Shown piece after piece: positions 25,054-35,606 of a DNA stretch of 47,198 nucleotides. The DNA lies in the IMG/VR virus record IMGVR_UViG_3300021476_000007, positions 1 through 47,198 of that record. One strand, written 5' to 3'. The translations under genes were made by a program, and so were the position numbers. Numbering within the stretch: the first letter of the stretch is position 1; every line of letters begins with the position of its first letter. The notes beneath the pieces were generated by a model. That model did no database searches. It saw nothing but the letters and a program-made list of their open reading frames with translations, and was not told the DNA's origin. Source of the stretch: a virus. Its lineage: Duplodnaviria; Caudoviricetes.

Positions 25054-27195
25054 ATGTTCAAGCTAGGCAATAAGCTGAAGATCACCGAAGCCCTCTGCAA
25101 GTCCCCCAACATCGCAACGATGCTGGACGAGACAGACCGCAAGGCCCTGGCCGACCAAGTCAAGAAGGGCTTCGACATCGACAAGTTCTCCCGCACGGCG
25201 TGGGAGCGGCGCATGCAGGCAAGCATGGACCTCGCCCTCCAACTCGTTAAGGAGAAGAATTTCCCTTGGCCCGGCTGTGCGAATGTTGCATTCCCCTTGA
25301 TCACGATTGCAGCGCTCCAGTTCCACAGTCGGGCCTACCCTATCCTGCACCAAGGGCCGCAGATCGTGAAGTGCCGCGTGCCTAGTGAAGACCCGCAAGG
25401 CGAGAAGCAGAAGAAGGCCGACCTCGTCGCCAAGCACATGTCCTGGCAGCGCCTTGAGGAGGACCAGCCGTGGGAGGAGCAGTGCGACCGGGGTCTGATC
25501 GCCGCCCCGATCCTGGGCTGCATCTTCTCGAAGTCCTACCATCACGGCCCCTCGGGAGTCAACCGCTCGGACCTCGTCCTCCCACAAGACCTCGTGATGA
25601 ACTACTTCGCGAAGTCTGTCGAGGACTGCCCACGCAAGACCCACGTCATCCCCCTGTACCGCAATGAGATCTACTCGGGCGCCAAGAGCAACTCCCCGAT
25701 CTACCTCGATGTGACCAACGACGAGTGGTATCAGGCCCCACCCAAGACCAGTGACCCGCCAATCGACAAGATGCGCGAGGACCGCCGCTTGGGCCAGCAG
25801 GCCCCCGTCGAGCCCGACGAAGCGACCCCCTACAAAATGCTGGAGCAGCACCTTTACCTCGACCTCGACCAGGACGGTTACGCGGAGCCCTACGTCGCTA
25901 CCGTGGAACCAAGCTCGTCTACCCTTCTACGCCTCGTCGCCCGCTTCCGTTGGGCCGACGTGGAGCACAACTACAAGGAACAGGTTGTTCGCATCAAGGC
26001 CGAGGAAATGTTCAGTCAGAAGACTTTCATTCCCTCACCTGATGGCGGCGTATATGGACTTGGTTTCGGCACTCTCCTTGGCCCTAACAATGAAGCCGTC
26101 AACAGCATCCTCAATCAGCTTATTGATGCAGGGACTCTCAGTAATACTTCGGGTGGGTTCCTGGCTCGCGGTGCCAAGATCCGGGGGGGTGTGTACACTT
26201 TCGCCCCGTTTGAGTGGAAACGAGTGGATAGCACGGGCGATGACCTCAAGAAGTCCATCTTCCCGCTGCCCGTGCGGGAACCCTCTGCGGTGTTGTTCAA
26301 CCTACTCAAGCTTCTTATCGACTACACGAACCGCATTAGCGGCACAACCGAAGCCATGGTTGGCGAGTCCACCGGGCAGAACACCCCCGCCGAGACCTCC
26401 CGGGGGATGATCGAGCAGGGAATGAAGATCTACCAAGCCGTCTTCAAGCGCATGTGGCGGGGTTACAAGGCAGAGTTCGAGAAGCTCTACCTGCTCAATG
26501 GGCGCTACCTCGGCTCCCACGTCAAGTTCGGCCCGCCGCTTGCCAACCTCGTGGTCGGGCGGGAACTCTACCTCGGCGACCCCTCAGACATCTGCCCGGA
26601 GGCCGACCCCAACATCGCCAGCGATACCATGGGCCTGCAGCAGGCGGAGTGGGTGAAGCAAGACAGCTTGCGCACGCCGGGATATGATACAGACGCCGTG
26701 ACCCGCTTCGCGCACAAGAAGCTCCACATAGAGAACAGCGAGTTGATCTTCCCCGGAAAGGAAAAGATCCCGCCGCCCCCGAACCCCAAGGTCCAGGTGG
26801 AGCAGATGCGCATGCAGAGCACCCAACTCAAGGTCAAGGCAGACCTCCAGAAGTTCGCCGCGAAGCTGCAAGGGGACTTGATTCTCATCCAGGCGAAATC
26901 TCAGGAACTCATGGCGAAGGCCGCAATGGAAGCGGCTCAGGCCCAAGGCGTAGAACGGGGCCACAAACTTCAGGCACTCCAGCTTCTAATCTCGGCGCAG
27001 AAGGAGAAGCAGGACGACATTCGTGATCGGATCGAACAGGTTTTGAAACTCGCGGAGATGCTGCATGGAGAACCAGGAGCAGGTGGAGCAGGTCAAGAGG
27101 GCGGAGGAGGTGGAGTTCCAGGAATGGCTCCTTCATCCCTGCACGAAGCGATTTCGGCATTTTCTGGTGGAGCGGGAGGCCCTCCTCAAGGATGA
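25054..27195 (+). CDS. Portal protein (P22-like, with C-terminal coiled-coil barrel)
   Basis: Position after terL, 713 aa, FPWPGCANV, NQLIDAGTLSN, Gln-rich helical C-terminus. Confidence 0.85.
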   Translation: MFKLGNKLKITEALCKSPNIATMLDETDRKALADQVKKGFDIDKFSRTAWERRMQASMDLALQLVKEKNFPWPGCANVAFPLITIAALQFHSRAYPILHQGPQIVKCRVPSEDPQGEKQKKADLVAKHMSWQRLEEDQPWEEQCDRGLIAAPILGCIFSKSYHHGPSGVNRSDLVLPQDLVMNYFAKSVEDCPRKTHVIPLYRNEIYSGAKSNSPIYLDVTNDEWYQAPPKTSDPPIDKMREDRRLGQQAPVEPDEATPYKMLEQHLYLDLDQDGYAEPYVATVEPSSSTLLRLVARFRWADVEHNYKEQVVRIKAEEMFSQKTFIPSPDGGVYGLGFGTLLGPNNEAVNSILNQLIDAGTLSNTSGGFLARGAKIRGGVYTFAPFEWKRVDSTGDDLKKSIFPLPVREPSAVLFNLLKLLIDYTNRISGTTEAMVGESTGQNTPAETSRGMIEQGMKIYQAVFKRMWRGYKAEFEKLYLLNGRYLGSHVKFGPPLANLVVGRELYLGDPSDICPEADPNIASDTMGLQQAEWVKQDSLRTPGYDTDAVTRFAHKKLHIENSELIFPGKEKIPPPPNPKVQVEQMRMQSTQLKVKADLQKFAAKLQGDLILIQAKSQELMAKAAMEAAQAQGVERGHKLQALQLLISAQKEKQDDIRDRIEQVLKLAEMLHGEPGAGGAGQEGGGGGVPGMAPSSLHEAISAFSGGAGGPPQG

Positions 27196-27337
27196 GTGGG
27201 CGGCTGGCAAGCACACCGGAGCGAGCTTTGACGAGACCTGTCAACTCAACGCCCGCGCCCTGGGCTACATCGCTTGCCTCGCCGATCTCTTCGAGATCGA
27301 ACCTATTGACCTTTACCCGGAGCTAGAAATTCGATGA
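27065..27337 (+). CDS. Hypothetical protein overlapping the portal 3' end
   Basis: EFQEWLLHPCTK; GGAG RBS; ATGA-coupled to groES. Confidence 0.6.
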   Translation: MENQEQVEQVKRAEEVEFQEWLLHPCTKRFRHFLVEREALLKDEWAAGKHTGASFDETCQLNARALGYIACLADLFEIEPIDLYPELEIR

Positions 27338-27651
27338 ACAACACCAGCGGACTTGATCCCTTGGGCCACGCGGTCCTCGTGGAACCCTATGAACCCGAAA
27401 TCAAATCGAGCGTCCTGCACATCCCAGAGCACGTGCGGCAGAACACCCGCATCCACGACCAGCGGGCTCGGGTGGTTGCAGTAGGCTCGGAGTGTTGGCT
27501 GGACGAGCGGCAGCCCCGCGCCAAGCCCGGCGACTTGGTAATGATTGCCCGGCTGGCGGGGACCCTGATGCAAGGCCCGGCGGATGGCAAAGCCTATCGC
27601 ATGGTCAACGGCGCCGATATTTTTGCGCGGATTACTGAGGAACTGAAATGA
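27334..27651 (+). CDS. groES: GroES/Cpn10-like co-chaperonin
   Basis: PLGHAVLVEP, LHIPE, RVVAVGS, KPGDLV, DGKAYRMVNGADIFA. Confidence 0.85.
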   Translation: MNNTSGLDPLGHAVLVEPYEPEIKSSVLHIPEHVRQNTRIHDQRARVVAVGSECWLDERQPRAKPGDLVMIARLAGTLMQGPADGKAYRMVNGADIFARITEELK

Positions 27652-28433
27652 GCGAACAGACTGTTAATAGCAAGTCCGAAGAGAAGAAGCCGGACCAGAC
27701 CGCCGAGGAACTGCGCTCGGCGAAGGAGCAGATCCAAGGACTCAAGTCGCAGATCAGCGGCATGGACAAGGCCTTGGTGGAGTCCCGCAAGGCCATCGAA
27801 GCCCTCAAAGACTTCAACGACGACATGACCAAACAGAAGGTGGAGCAGGCTCGCTCCGATCTGCTGGCCGAGTTGAAGAAAGCTAAGAAAGACGGGGACG
27901 TGGATAAAGAGGTGGACATCCAGTCTGAAATCTCGAAACTCGACCGGGCCGTGGTCAAGGAAGAGAAGAAAGCGGAAGCCACGTCGGCTGCGTCGCCGTC
28001 CCCTCAACCCGATGTCCAACTCCATCCGGACATGGTGGCTTGGATGAAAGAGAACCCTTGGTACAACGACAAGAAGAACAAGGTGAACCGGCGCAAGACC
28101 GCCGTCGCGGCAGAGGTCGCCGCCGAGATGCGTGAGGAGGGCAACCGCACGATGGGCCGCGCCTTCCTGGACGAGCTTGCGCGCCGCGTGGAAGCGGAGT
28201 TCGCCCCGGCTGGTGGGGAGCGGGATGCGGGCAATGCGGCAGGCGGGGGTGCCCATTCCGGTGGTGGTAGTGGGGGAGGGAGCGGCGGCAAGTCCTGGGC
28301 CGACATCCCGGAGGCGCACCGCGACATCGCGACCAAACAATTCAAAGACCGTCTCGTCGGTAAGGGCAAAGCCTACGAGACCGTGGCCGACTGGCACAAA
28401 GGCTACGCCGCGAAGTACTGGGCCCAGTTTTAA
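27648..28433 (+). CDS. Scaffolding-like protein
   Basis: Charged coiled coil, WMKENPWY, position between portal and capsid. Confidence 0.65.
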   Translation: MSEQTVNSKSEEKKPDQTAEELRSAKEQIQGLKSQISGMDKALVESRKAIEALKDFNDDMTKQKVEQARSDLLAELKKAKKDGDVDKEVDIQSEISKLDRAVVKEEKKAEATSAASPSPQPDVQLHPDMVAWMKENPWYNDKKNKVNRRKTAVAAEVAAEMREEGNRTMGRAFLDELARRVEAEFAPAGGERDAGNAAGGGAHSGGGSGGGSGGKSWADIPEAHRDIATKQFKDRLVGKGKAYETVADWHKGYAAKYWAQF

Positions 28434-28445
28434 TCGGAGAATCAA

Positions 28446-28964
28446 ATGGATCGTCCCACTATCAGACTCCCCAACCTCCCCTTCGTCAACCCAGGGGAGA
28501 ACCGCAACGCCAAGCCCGACGTGGCCGCTCGCAAGCGGATTCCCATGTCCGCCCCCCGGCAGAAGCTTTGGGTGCCCGAGATCCCGGGCTTCCACTGCTA
28601 TTGGTTCAACGACGACGCGGGGCGCATCGAGTCAGCCATGCAGGCAGGCTATGAGTTCGTCCGCCCCTCCGAAGTCCACATCAACCAGACGAACGTCGCA
28701 AATGACGTGTCTCAGTCTGGCAGTACCGACGAGGGCGATCGTGTCAGTATAGTCGTCGGAGAAGCGCGGCATGGAGGCCCCCAACGCGCATATCTGATGA
28801 AGATCCCCCTCGACTGGTTCTTGGAGGATCAGGCGGCTCTCCAGGCCCGGAACGACGCCATTGCCGACGCGATTAAACGTGGTCGAATCGGTCAAAAGGA
28901 AGACGGTGCGGATGCGGCCATGCGCTACGTCAAGAAACACGAACGTACAACCGTGACTCGGTAG
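28446..28964 (+). CDS. Conserved head-module hypothetical protein
   Basis: IPGFHCYWFND...AGYEFV...AYLMKIP pattern; GGAGA RBS. Confidence 0.65.
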   Translation: MDRPTIRLPNLPFVNPGENRNAKPDVAARKRIPMSAPRQKLWVPEIPGFHCYWFNDDAGRIESAMQAGYEFVRPSEVHINQTNVANDVSQSGSTDEGDRVSIVVGEARHGGPQRAYLMKIPLDWFLEDQAALQARNDAIADAIKRGRIGQKEDGADAAMRYVKKHERTTVTR

Positions 28965-29001
28965 TCTTGCGGCTTCCGGGTCCCAATTGGAGATGTAGCC
29001 A

Positions 29002-29619
29002 ATGGCTAACCCGAATGCTCCGTCCGGCCTCTCGCCGGTAGCGCACCTTAACGGGTCCAAGTGGAACGGGCAGGCCCACATGTATTGCATTCTGTCTGCG
29101 GACGGCAATGCGTACTCTGTCGGCGACCCCGTGAAGACTTCCGCCAATGCTGACGCGAACGGCATTCCCGCCGTTACACTGGCTTCCGCCGGTTCCCCTT
29201 TCCGGGGCGTCATTGTTGCGGTAGGGACCAACGCGCAAGGTGGGCCCTTCATCGACCCGACCAACCTGACTCTGGTATCCATCCCTGCAACCAAGACCAA
29301 GAACTACTACGTCGCTGTGGTGGACAGCCCTGATGTGATCTTTGAAATCCAGGAGGTTAACTCGGGCACCGCCGGGACGGCGACCTCGATGAACAAGAAC
29401 GCGAACTTCGTCTATGCGGCTCCTGCTGCGGGGGTCGCCGTGTCCGGCGTCACTCTCGACAACACGACCTACGCGACGACTTCGACCCTCAACCTGCGCG
29501 TAATGGGAGTGGTGCAGCGCCCGTACAGCACCATCACCAATACCCCGTTCGCCCTAGCCCAACGCCTGCTCGTGCTGATCAACTCGCACGACCTCGCAGG
29601 TAATACGGCTGGCACGTAA
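29002..29619 (+). CDS. Putative capsid decoration / minor capsid protein
   Basis: MANPNAPSGLSPV, VGDPV, immediately upstream of the major capsid gene. Confidence 0.65.
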   Translation: MANPNAPSGLSPVAHLNGSKWNGQAHMYCILSADGNAYSVGDPVKTSANADANGIPAVTLASAGSPFRGVIVAVGTNAQGGPFIDPTNLTLVSIPATKTKNYYVAVVDSPDVIFEIQEVNSGTAGTATSMNKNANFVYAAPAAGVAVSGVTLDNTTYATTSTLNLRVMGVVQRPYSTITNTPFALAQRLLVLINSHDLAGNTAGT

Positions 29620-29631
29620 CCGGAGACCGAC

Positions 29632-30549
29632 ATGACTATTGGCGGCGTAATCACCACTGGTGCCCACCCAAAAGCTCTGTGGCCCGGAATCCATGACTTC
29701 TGGGGACAGATCTACGCGGAGCACCAGGAGGAATACCCGGACCTGTTTGACATCGAACACTCTACGATGGCGTATGAGGAGGATGTCCAGGTAACTGGCT
29801 TCGGGCTGGCCCCGATCAAGGCGGAAGGCGCGCCCGTCACGTTCGACTCTGAAATCCAGGGTCCCGTGACTCGGTACACCCACCTGGCCTACGCACTGGG
29901 CTACATCGTCACGCACGAAGAACTCGAGGACAACCTGTACGAGAAGGTGTCTATGCGGCGAGCGAAGGCCAACGCCTTCTCCATCCGACAGACCATTGAG
30001 AACGTGGCGGCGGCTGTTTACAACAACGCCTTCACCACTCAGTTGACTGCGGACGGCGTCTCCGTCGTGAACACTGCTCACGTGCAGACTACCGGCGGTA
30101 CCTTCAGCAACGCGTTGAACCCTCCGGCGGACTTGTCCGAAGCGGCCCTGGAAGACCTGTGCATTCAAATCATGGGCTTCTCGACTGATCGCGGCTTGCT
30201 GATCTCGATTCAGCCCCGTACCCTGCACGTCGCCCGCCAAGAGTGGTTCAATGCGAACCGTATCTTGAAGAGTGCCTTGCAGTCCGGGAACAACCAGAAC
30301 GATCTCAACGTGCTGAAGAGCACGAATGCCTTCCCTGGCGGGATCAAGCTGAATCACTACTTCACTTCGCCGCACGCTTGGTTCATCCGAACCAACTGTC
30401 CGAATGGGATGATGTTCTGGTGGCGGCAGAAACCGACTTTCGACCAGGACAACGACTTCTCGACCAAGAACGCGCTAGCCTCAACCTACCTGCGCTTCTC
30501 TGTCGGAGTCACTGACCCTCGTGCTCTTGCAGCCTCGAATGGTCCGTAA
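29632..30549 (+). CDS. Major capsid protein
   Basis: 305 aa; KALWPGI, GFGLAPIKAEG, YALGYIVTHEELEDNLY, DLSEAALE. Confidence 0.85.
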   Translation: MTIGGVITTGAHPKALWPGIHDFWGQIYAEHQEEYPDLFDIEHSTMAYEEDVQVTGFGLAPIKAEGAPVTFDSEIQGPVTRYTHLAYALGYIVTHEELEDNLYEKVSMRRAKANAFSIRQTIENVAAAVYNNAFTTQLTADGVSVVNTAHVQTTGGTFSNALNPPADLSEAALEDLCIQIMGFSTDRGLLISIQPRTLHVARQEWFNANRILKSALQSGNNQNDLNVLKSTNAFPGGIKLNHYFTSPHAWFIRTNCPNGMMFWWRQKPTFDQDNDFSTKNALASTYLRFSVGVTDPRALAASNGP

Positions 30550-30557
30550 TATTTCGG

Positions 30558-30597
30558 TAAGGGGAGCCTCTGATGCTCCTCTTATGGAGCTTTCTCT
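30558..30597 (+). terminator. Possible terminator or attenuator after the capsid gene
   Basis: TAAGGGGAGC-CTCTGAT-GCTCCTCTTA 10-bp stem, T-rich tract shortly downstream. Confidence 0.45.
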
Positions 30598-30653
30598 TGC
30601 GGGCGCCCTCCCCCGGGGGGGCGTCAAATCAGACGCCTACAGGAGCACTAGCC

Positions 30654-31814
30654 GTGGCCGCATTTGACCGTAAACCGCCTACTCGTTCGCCGAGTGGGCA
30701 ATCGACTTATCCCCCAAGGCACGTCCTCAAGGACTTCCCTTACCTCACGTCCGACTACACGATCTACAAGAACGAGGACTTCCTGCCGTATCGCTCGGTT
30801 GACTACACCGTCACCCAGACCAACGGCACCGCGGCGAACTTCAACTGGAACGGCGGCGCGGTCAAGCTCAGCACGACCGGCACCACTAGCTCCGACAAGA
30901 TCATGGTCGCCAACGCGGCCCTGTCGCAGCAGTTCATGCTTGGCAATCGACAGTTCTTCGATGCACGGATCGCCCGCGCCGGGTCATACACGGACATCAA
31001 CCTCTATGTCGGACTGAGCGACAACGCGGACCTGTCCGCCGCCACCAACGGGGTCTACTTCCTGAAGCCTGCGGGCGGCACCGCCGTCAACTTCGTCATC
31101 AAGAACGGTGGCACCGTCACGACCTTCCAGAACGTCGGCGACCTGAACAACCCCTCGGGCATCTTCAATGATCCGAACGGGGCCAACGCCTCAGTCACCT
31201 TTACGCTGACCAGCGGCAACTACACTACCCCCGTGGTCGCTGCGGCTGGCGCGGGCTACCGCGTGGCCCCGCTGATCCTCGCGACAGGTGCCACAGGTGC
31301 CAACGCAATGCTAGCCACTGCCCTCGGCGGATCGGTGCAGGGAAACTTCCTGAATCCCTCGGGGCTCGGCACGCAGATCCCCTACGCGGGCATCGCCAAC
31401 GCCTGGATTGTTAACAAGGGCAACGGTGCCTACACCACAGTGACGGCGGAAATCGACCCCTGGATCAACCTTCAGTTCTACTACAACGGCTTCGGGCGCA
31501 TCGTGGTCGGCATCAATGGCCGCGAAGTGATGGCAATCCAAGGCGCGGCGGTGGACGTGGGCAACCCCGGCGGGACCGGCGTGACTGCAGGCGGCACCTA
31601 CAACCTTGCGACCTCAGGAATTGGTCCGCTCTTCGCGGCGACCGGCACCCAGTTGACCACGACCAATTTCGGCCCCACGGTTCCCGCCGTGGGCGACCCG
31701 ATGAACATCCTGCCGCTCACGCAGCTTCAAGTGGTGGCGGGATTCGTGAACACGACCGCCAATGCGCGGTCCATGTACTGGGACGAGTACAACGTCGCGA
31801 CCGAGTTCAACTAA
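30654..31814 (+). CDS. Virion structural protein
   Basis: AGGAG RBS before GTG at 30654; Asn/Thr/Gly-rich beta protein. Confidence 0.65.
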   Translation: MAAFDRKPPTRSPSGQSTYPPRHVLKDFPYLTSDYTIYKNEDFLPYRSVDYTVTQTNGTAANFNWNGGAVKLSTTGTTSSDKIMVANAALSQQFMLGNRQFFDARIARAGSYTDINLYVGLSDNADLSAATNGVYFLKPAGGTAVNFVIKNGGTVTTFQNVGDLNNPSGIFNDPNGANASVTFTLTSGNYTTPVVAAAGAGYRVAPLILATGATGANAMLATALGGSVQGNFLNPSGLGTQIPYAGIANAWIVNKGNGAYTTVTAEIDPWINLQFYYNGFGRIVVGINGREVMAIQGAAVDVGNPGGTGVTAGGTYNLATSGIGPLFAATGTQLTTTNFGPTVPAVGDPMNILPLTQLQVVAGFVNTTANARSMYWDEYNVATEFN

Positions 31815-31825
31815 GCGAGGGCACC

Positions 31826-32221
31826 ATGAGCGGCGTCAAGGCTCGGGTCACTCGCGGGAGTGCCGGTAGCGGCAACTTGGTAGTCCACATCGAGGGGGTG
31901 CTTGATGACCGGCCCCTCCCGATGACCGTCCTCACAGACTGTTCGAAGCTCAATTGCAAGTCCCTGCGTGTGGATAGCGTGGCCTACTCCATCGAGATTC
32001 CCAACACACTCCGCCTATATTGGGACGGCCTAAAGCCCAAGTACATCATGTCCCTCTTTGGGATAGGCAAGCTCGAGGCCACATGGCTGGAGTTCCAAAA
32101 GCCGGACGGCGATGCTGGAGAAGGGTTTACCGGAAATCTGGCTTTGGCCTCACCAGGAAGTGGTAAAGGACAGATTGTCCCTTTCATGATAGCCTTCGAT
32201 TGTACAAAACAAGGAATGTAG
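31826..32221 (+). CDS. Hypothetical virion protein
   Basis: GAGGG RBS; position in the structural module. Confidence 0.6.
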   Translation: MSGVKARVTRGSAGSGNLVVHIEGVLDDRPLPMTVLTDCSKLNCKSLRVDSVAYSIEIPNTLRLYWDGLKPKYIMSLFGIGKLEATWLEFQKPDGDAGEGFTGNLALASPGSGKGQIVPFMIAFDCTKQGM

Positions 32222-32223
32222 TG

Positions 32224-32871
32224 ATGGCCGTTTCCAACTCCGTCAAGCTTGCAGCGGGCGAACAGGGCCGCACCTTCGCGTGGCCGACCGGCTCCAACGC
32301 GGTTGACCCCTTCAAGGTCCCGACCTACACCATAACCACGGCGCCGATCAACTCGCTGCCGCAGCCCCGCGACTACATCTACGAAGCCTTTCTCGCTTTC
32401 ATGACGGCGGGCACGACCCCGACTGCCACGGTCCAAATGCAAGGCACCATTGACCCGCTGACAGGCGTGGGGGTCACGATCCAGTGCACCCTGGCCTCGA
32501 ACACGACCATCATCCCGACCAATCCGAATGCCTTCGCGGCGGTCCCGCTGCTCTGGGCTCCCAACAACCCGCTCGCCCTGCTCAACTCGGGCATGCTGGC
32601 GATCGGCATCGGCCTCCCCATCGGGGTGACGATCTCCGCCGTGGGGGCGAACACCGCGACCCTGTCCTCGGCGGCTACCGCGACCGGCTCTTTCCCAGTG
32701 ACCTTCTTCAACCTCAACTGGGTCAGTGATGGCTCCTCGCTGAGTGTGTCGGGGACGCCCCCGGCCTCCGCAGCGGGCGGCACGTCCAACACTTCCTGGC
32801 GGTGGATGCGGGCCAACGTCTCTGCAATCGCGGGTGCGGGAGCTACACTCCAGGTAATGATGGGAGGCTAA
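32224..32871 (+). CDS. Hypothetical virion protein
   Basis: ATG at 32224; Thr/Ala/Gly-rich; WRWMRANVSAI C-terminus. Confidence 0.6.
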   Translation: MAVSNSVKLAAGEQGRTFAWPTGSNAVDPFKVPTYTITTAPINSLPQPRDYIYEAFLAFMTAGTTPTATVQMQGTIDPLTGVGVTIQCTLASNTTIIPTNPNAFAAVPLLWAPNNPLALLNSGMLAIGIGLPIGVTISAVGANTATLSSAATATGSFPVTFFNLNWVSDGSSLSVSGTPPASAAGGTSNTSWRWMRANVSAIAGAGATLQVMMGG

Positions 32872-33591
32872 ATGGCCGGTCCCGTCACCTTCAATACGCC
32901 GGACAGGCTGATCCTCTACGCCCTCATCGACGCGGGCATCATCCCTGAGGGCCAGCCGCCCTCCTCGGAACTCTACGCCGAGGCAGCGAACCGGCTGAAT
33001 GACATCGTCAACCACCTCCAGACCCAAGGACTCAAGCTCTGGACGCAGGAGGAGTTGACCATTGCCCTCACGCAGGGGGTAGGAGCTTACAGTCTGGGTC
33101 CGGGCGGGGTGTTCATCTCGACGCGGCCCCTCCGCGTCCTCCAGGGCATCTACCAGGACAACAACAACATCCGTCGCCCGCTGATCCCCCTCTCGCGGGA
33201 CGAGTACACGCGCCTGTCGATCCTGACCCAACAGGGGCCGATGAACTCGTACTTCGTGGACAAGCAGCAAACCAACGTGATCGTGAACGTCTGGTATCCT
33301 CCTGACGCCTTCACTGCCGCGAACGGCACGATGCGCCTCGTGATCCAGCAACAGATCACCAACTTCACGGGCCTCGAGGACACGATGAACTTCCCGATCG
33401 AATGGTTCCTCGCGCTGCGCTGGATACTCGCCGACGAGATGTGCTCGGGACAGCCTGTTGCCGTGCAGGCCCGGTGCGCCCAACGAGCGGCCATGTTCCG
33501 CATGCAGATCGAGGACTGGGACGTTGAGGACCCCTCGACGATGTTCACCACGGACCAACGGTCGGCCTACTCTGGCGGCAATTTCCGATAG
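32872..33591 (+). CDS. Head-tail adaptor (P22 gp4 / tubular protein A-like)
   Basis: LILYALIDAG, AANRLNDIV..L, VWYPPD, FPIEWFLALRWILA. Confidence 0.7.
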   Translation: MAGPVTFNTPDRLILYALIDAGIIPEGQPPSSELYAEAANRLNDIVNHLQTQGLKLWTQEELTIALTQGVGAYSLGPGGVFISTRPLRVLQGIYQDNNNIRRPLIPLSRDEYTRLSILTQQGPMNSYFVDKQQTNVIVNVWYPPDAFTAANGTMRLVIQQQITNFTGLEDTMNFPIEWFLALRWILADEMCSGQPVAVQARCAQRAAMFRMQIEDWDVEDPSTMFTTDQRSAYSGGNFR

Positions 33592-33600
33592 GAGGCTGTC

Positions 33601-35037
33601 ATGCCTGAAGGTCAAGGCGCGGGCCAAGCCCAATCGGTTGCAGTTCCCCACCGCCTCCCCCTCATCATCCACCCGGACAACCGGGACGCGACGACCACCA
33701 AGGACGCGCAGCTTATCAACTGCTACGTTGAGGTGACGGACCAGGAGACCAAGGAGTACGACATCTTCAAGCGCCCGGGGACCGTACTGAACTCTACAGT
33801 CGCGGCCAGCCAAGCCGGTGCCGGGACGTGGAACTGGCTGGGGGACGTGTATACGGTCTTCAACAATACCCTGTACAAGAACGGGACAAGCCTGGGAACG
33901 GTTGACAACACCGGGGGCCTCTATCGGTTCGGGCAGACGCTTGGGGCCACCCCCCGCCTCGTCCTGGGGAACGGCGTGAAGGGGTACACCTGGGACGGCA
34001 CTACGCTCGCCGCCATCACGACCGGCGGTGCCTCGGCCTTCCCGACCGCCTTCGTGAAGGGTTGGGCCTACCTCGACGGCACGCTCTACGTCGCCGACAC
34101 CGCCAACAACATCATTGGCTCGAACATCAACGACCCGACAAACTGGCCTTCCGCCTCGGCGAACACGATCGCGGCCCAGGTCGAGTCGGACAAGAACCGC
34201 TTCCTCTGGAAGCAACTCGTCTACGTGGTGGACTTCAAGCAGTGGAGCACGGAGTTCTTCTACGACGCGGGCAACGCGACGGGCTCGCCGCTCGGCCCCG
34301 TGCAGGGCGCGAAGGTAAACTACGGCGCGGTCTCCGGGGAGTCAGTGCAGGACATCGACGGCGTCCTGATCTGGATGGCGCAAGGCAAGGACGGCAATCC
34401 CATCTTCATGCTGCTGGACAACGCAAAGCCGACCCAAATCAGCACCAAGCCGATCGAGCGCTTGATCCTCGGCGTGACCAACTCGAACACCATCTACTCG
34501 TGGCAGGCCCAAATCGGGGGCCACAAGTTCTACGTATGCACGATTGTCTCCCTGAACATCACCCTCGTCTACGATCTCTCGGATAAGCGCTGGCACCGTT
34601 GGGCCGACTCAAACGGGAACTACATGCCCTACGTGTCCTCGACGACGGATTCCTCGGGGAACATCATCCTGCAGCACGCCACGAACGGGAACCTGTACAA
34701 CTTCTCGACCACGACCTACACCGATGCGGGGACCGTGTTCAACGCGGACATTTACACTCCCAACTTCGACGGCAACAACCGCCGCAGCAAGCAACTGAAC
34801 TATCTCGAGATCGTCGGGGACAAGACCAACGGCTCTTTCTTCCTGGTGCGCCACAACGACAACGATTATGACCCGAATTCCTGGACCCAGTACCGCCGCG
34901 TGGAAATGTGGACCCGCCGGTCGCTGCTGATGCGCGAGGGGAGCTTCCGGCGCCGCGCCTACCACTTTCGGCACGGGTGCAACACGCCGATGCGGATCGC
35001 GTCTGTGGATCTCCAGCTTGACATCGGGACGCTCTAG
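33601..35037 (+). CDS. Tail nozzle / DNA stabilization protein (P22 gp10-like)
   Basis: KRPG, YLDG, STEFFYDAG, ISTKPIER, GHKFYV, TLVYDL...WH beta-propeller pattern. Confidence 0.8.
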   Translation: MPEGQGAGQAQSVAVPHRLPLIIHPDNRDATTTKDAQLINCYVEVTDQETKEYDIFKRPGTVLNSTVAASQAGAGTWNWLGDVYTVFNNTLYKNGTSLGTVDNTGGLYRFGQTLGATPRLVLGNGVKGYTWDGTTLAAITTGGASAFPTAFVKGWAYLDGTLYVADTANNIIGSNINDPTNWPSASANTIAAQVESDKNRFLWKQLVYVVDFKQWSTEFFYDAGNATGSPLGPVQGAKVNYGAVSGESVQDIDGVLIWMAQGKDGNPIFMLLDNAKPTQISTKPIERLILGVTNSNTIYSWQAQIGGHKFYVCTIVSLNITLVYDLSDKRWHRWADSNGNYMPYVSSTTDSSGNIILQHATNGNLYNFSTTTYTDAGTVFNADIYTPNFDGNNRRSKQLNYLEIVGDKTNGSFFLVRHNDNDYDPNSWTQYRRVEMWTRRSLLMREGSFRRRAYHFRHGCNTPMRIASVDLQLDIGTL

Positions 35038-35606
35038 TGGCCCTCCCCGTTTCCAGCATCGAGTCGCCGCCGGTCAGCGACCCCGTCATCGTTGAGGTGC
35101 CCAAGGCCCCGGACGGCGGCACGGAGGGGCATGCGGATTTCGGCCACGTAGGAGGCGGGTTCACCTTCTCGCCGCACTGGCTGTCGTGGCTCATCCGCCT
35201 CTGGCACTTCCTGAATACGATCCAGAATATGGCGATCCCCGCGCACGACCTTCTACTAGGAGTGCAGGGTTATGACGGGACGCATGCCTATCACCTAGGC
35301 CTCGCCGACTACAACCTGTTGACAGGCGGTCCCACCACAGACGCCTCTTCCGAGCACGGCCACTACGAGGCCACGACCCAGGTCAACACGCAGACCCTCT
35401 CCACGTCGCCCTTCACTTACACCAACAGCGGCAACTACCTTCAGCTTGCCAGCATAGTGGGGGGCACGGGGGTCCAGGTCGGCTACACCTCCAGCGGCTC
35501 TCTCATCTTCGTCGGCACCAACGTCCTCGTCCCGCTGGCCCCTAATGCCGAGGTCGTGGTGTCCTGGACCAGCACGGCACCCACTGTCATCGTACTGGAG
35601 AGGTAA
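35037..35606 (+). CDS. Tail-associated protein, paralogue 1 of 3
   Basis: Shared motifs with 35606..36835 and 36837..37355. Confidence 0.65.
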   Translation: MALPVSSIESPPVSDPVIVEVPKAPDGGTEGHADFGHVGGGFTFSPHWLSWLIRLWHFLNTIQNMAIPAHDLLLGVQGYDGTHAYHLGLADYNLLTGGPTTDASSEHGHYEATTQVNTQTLSTSPFTYTNSGNYLQLASIVGGTGVQVGYTSSGSLIFVGTNVLVPLAPNAEVVVSWTSTAPTVIVLER

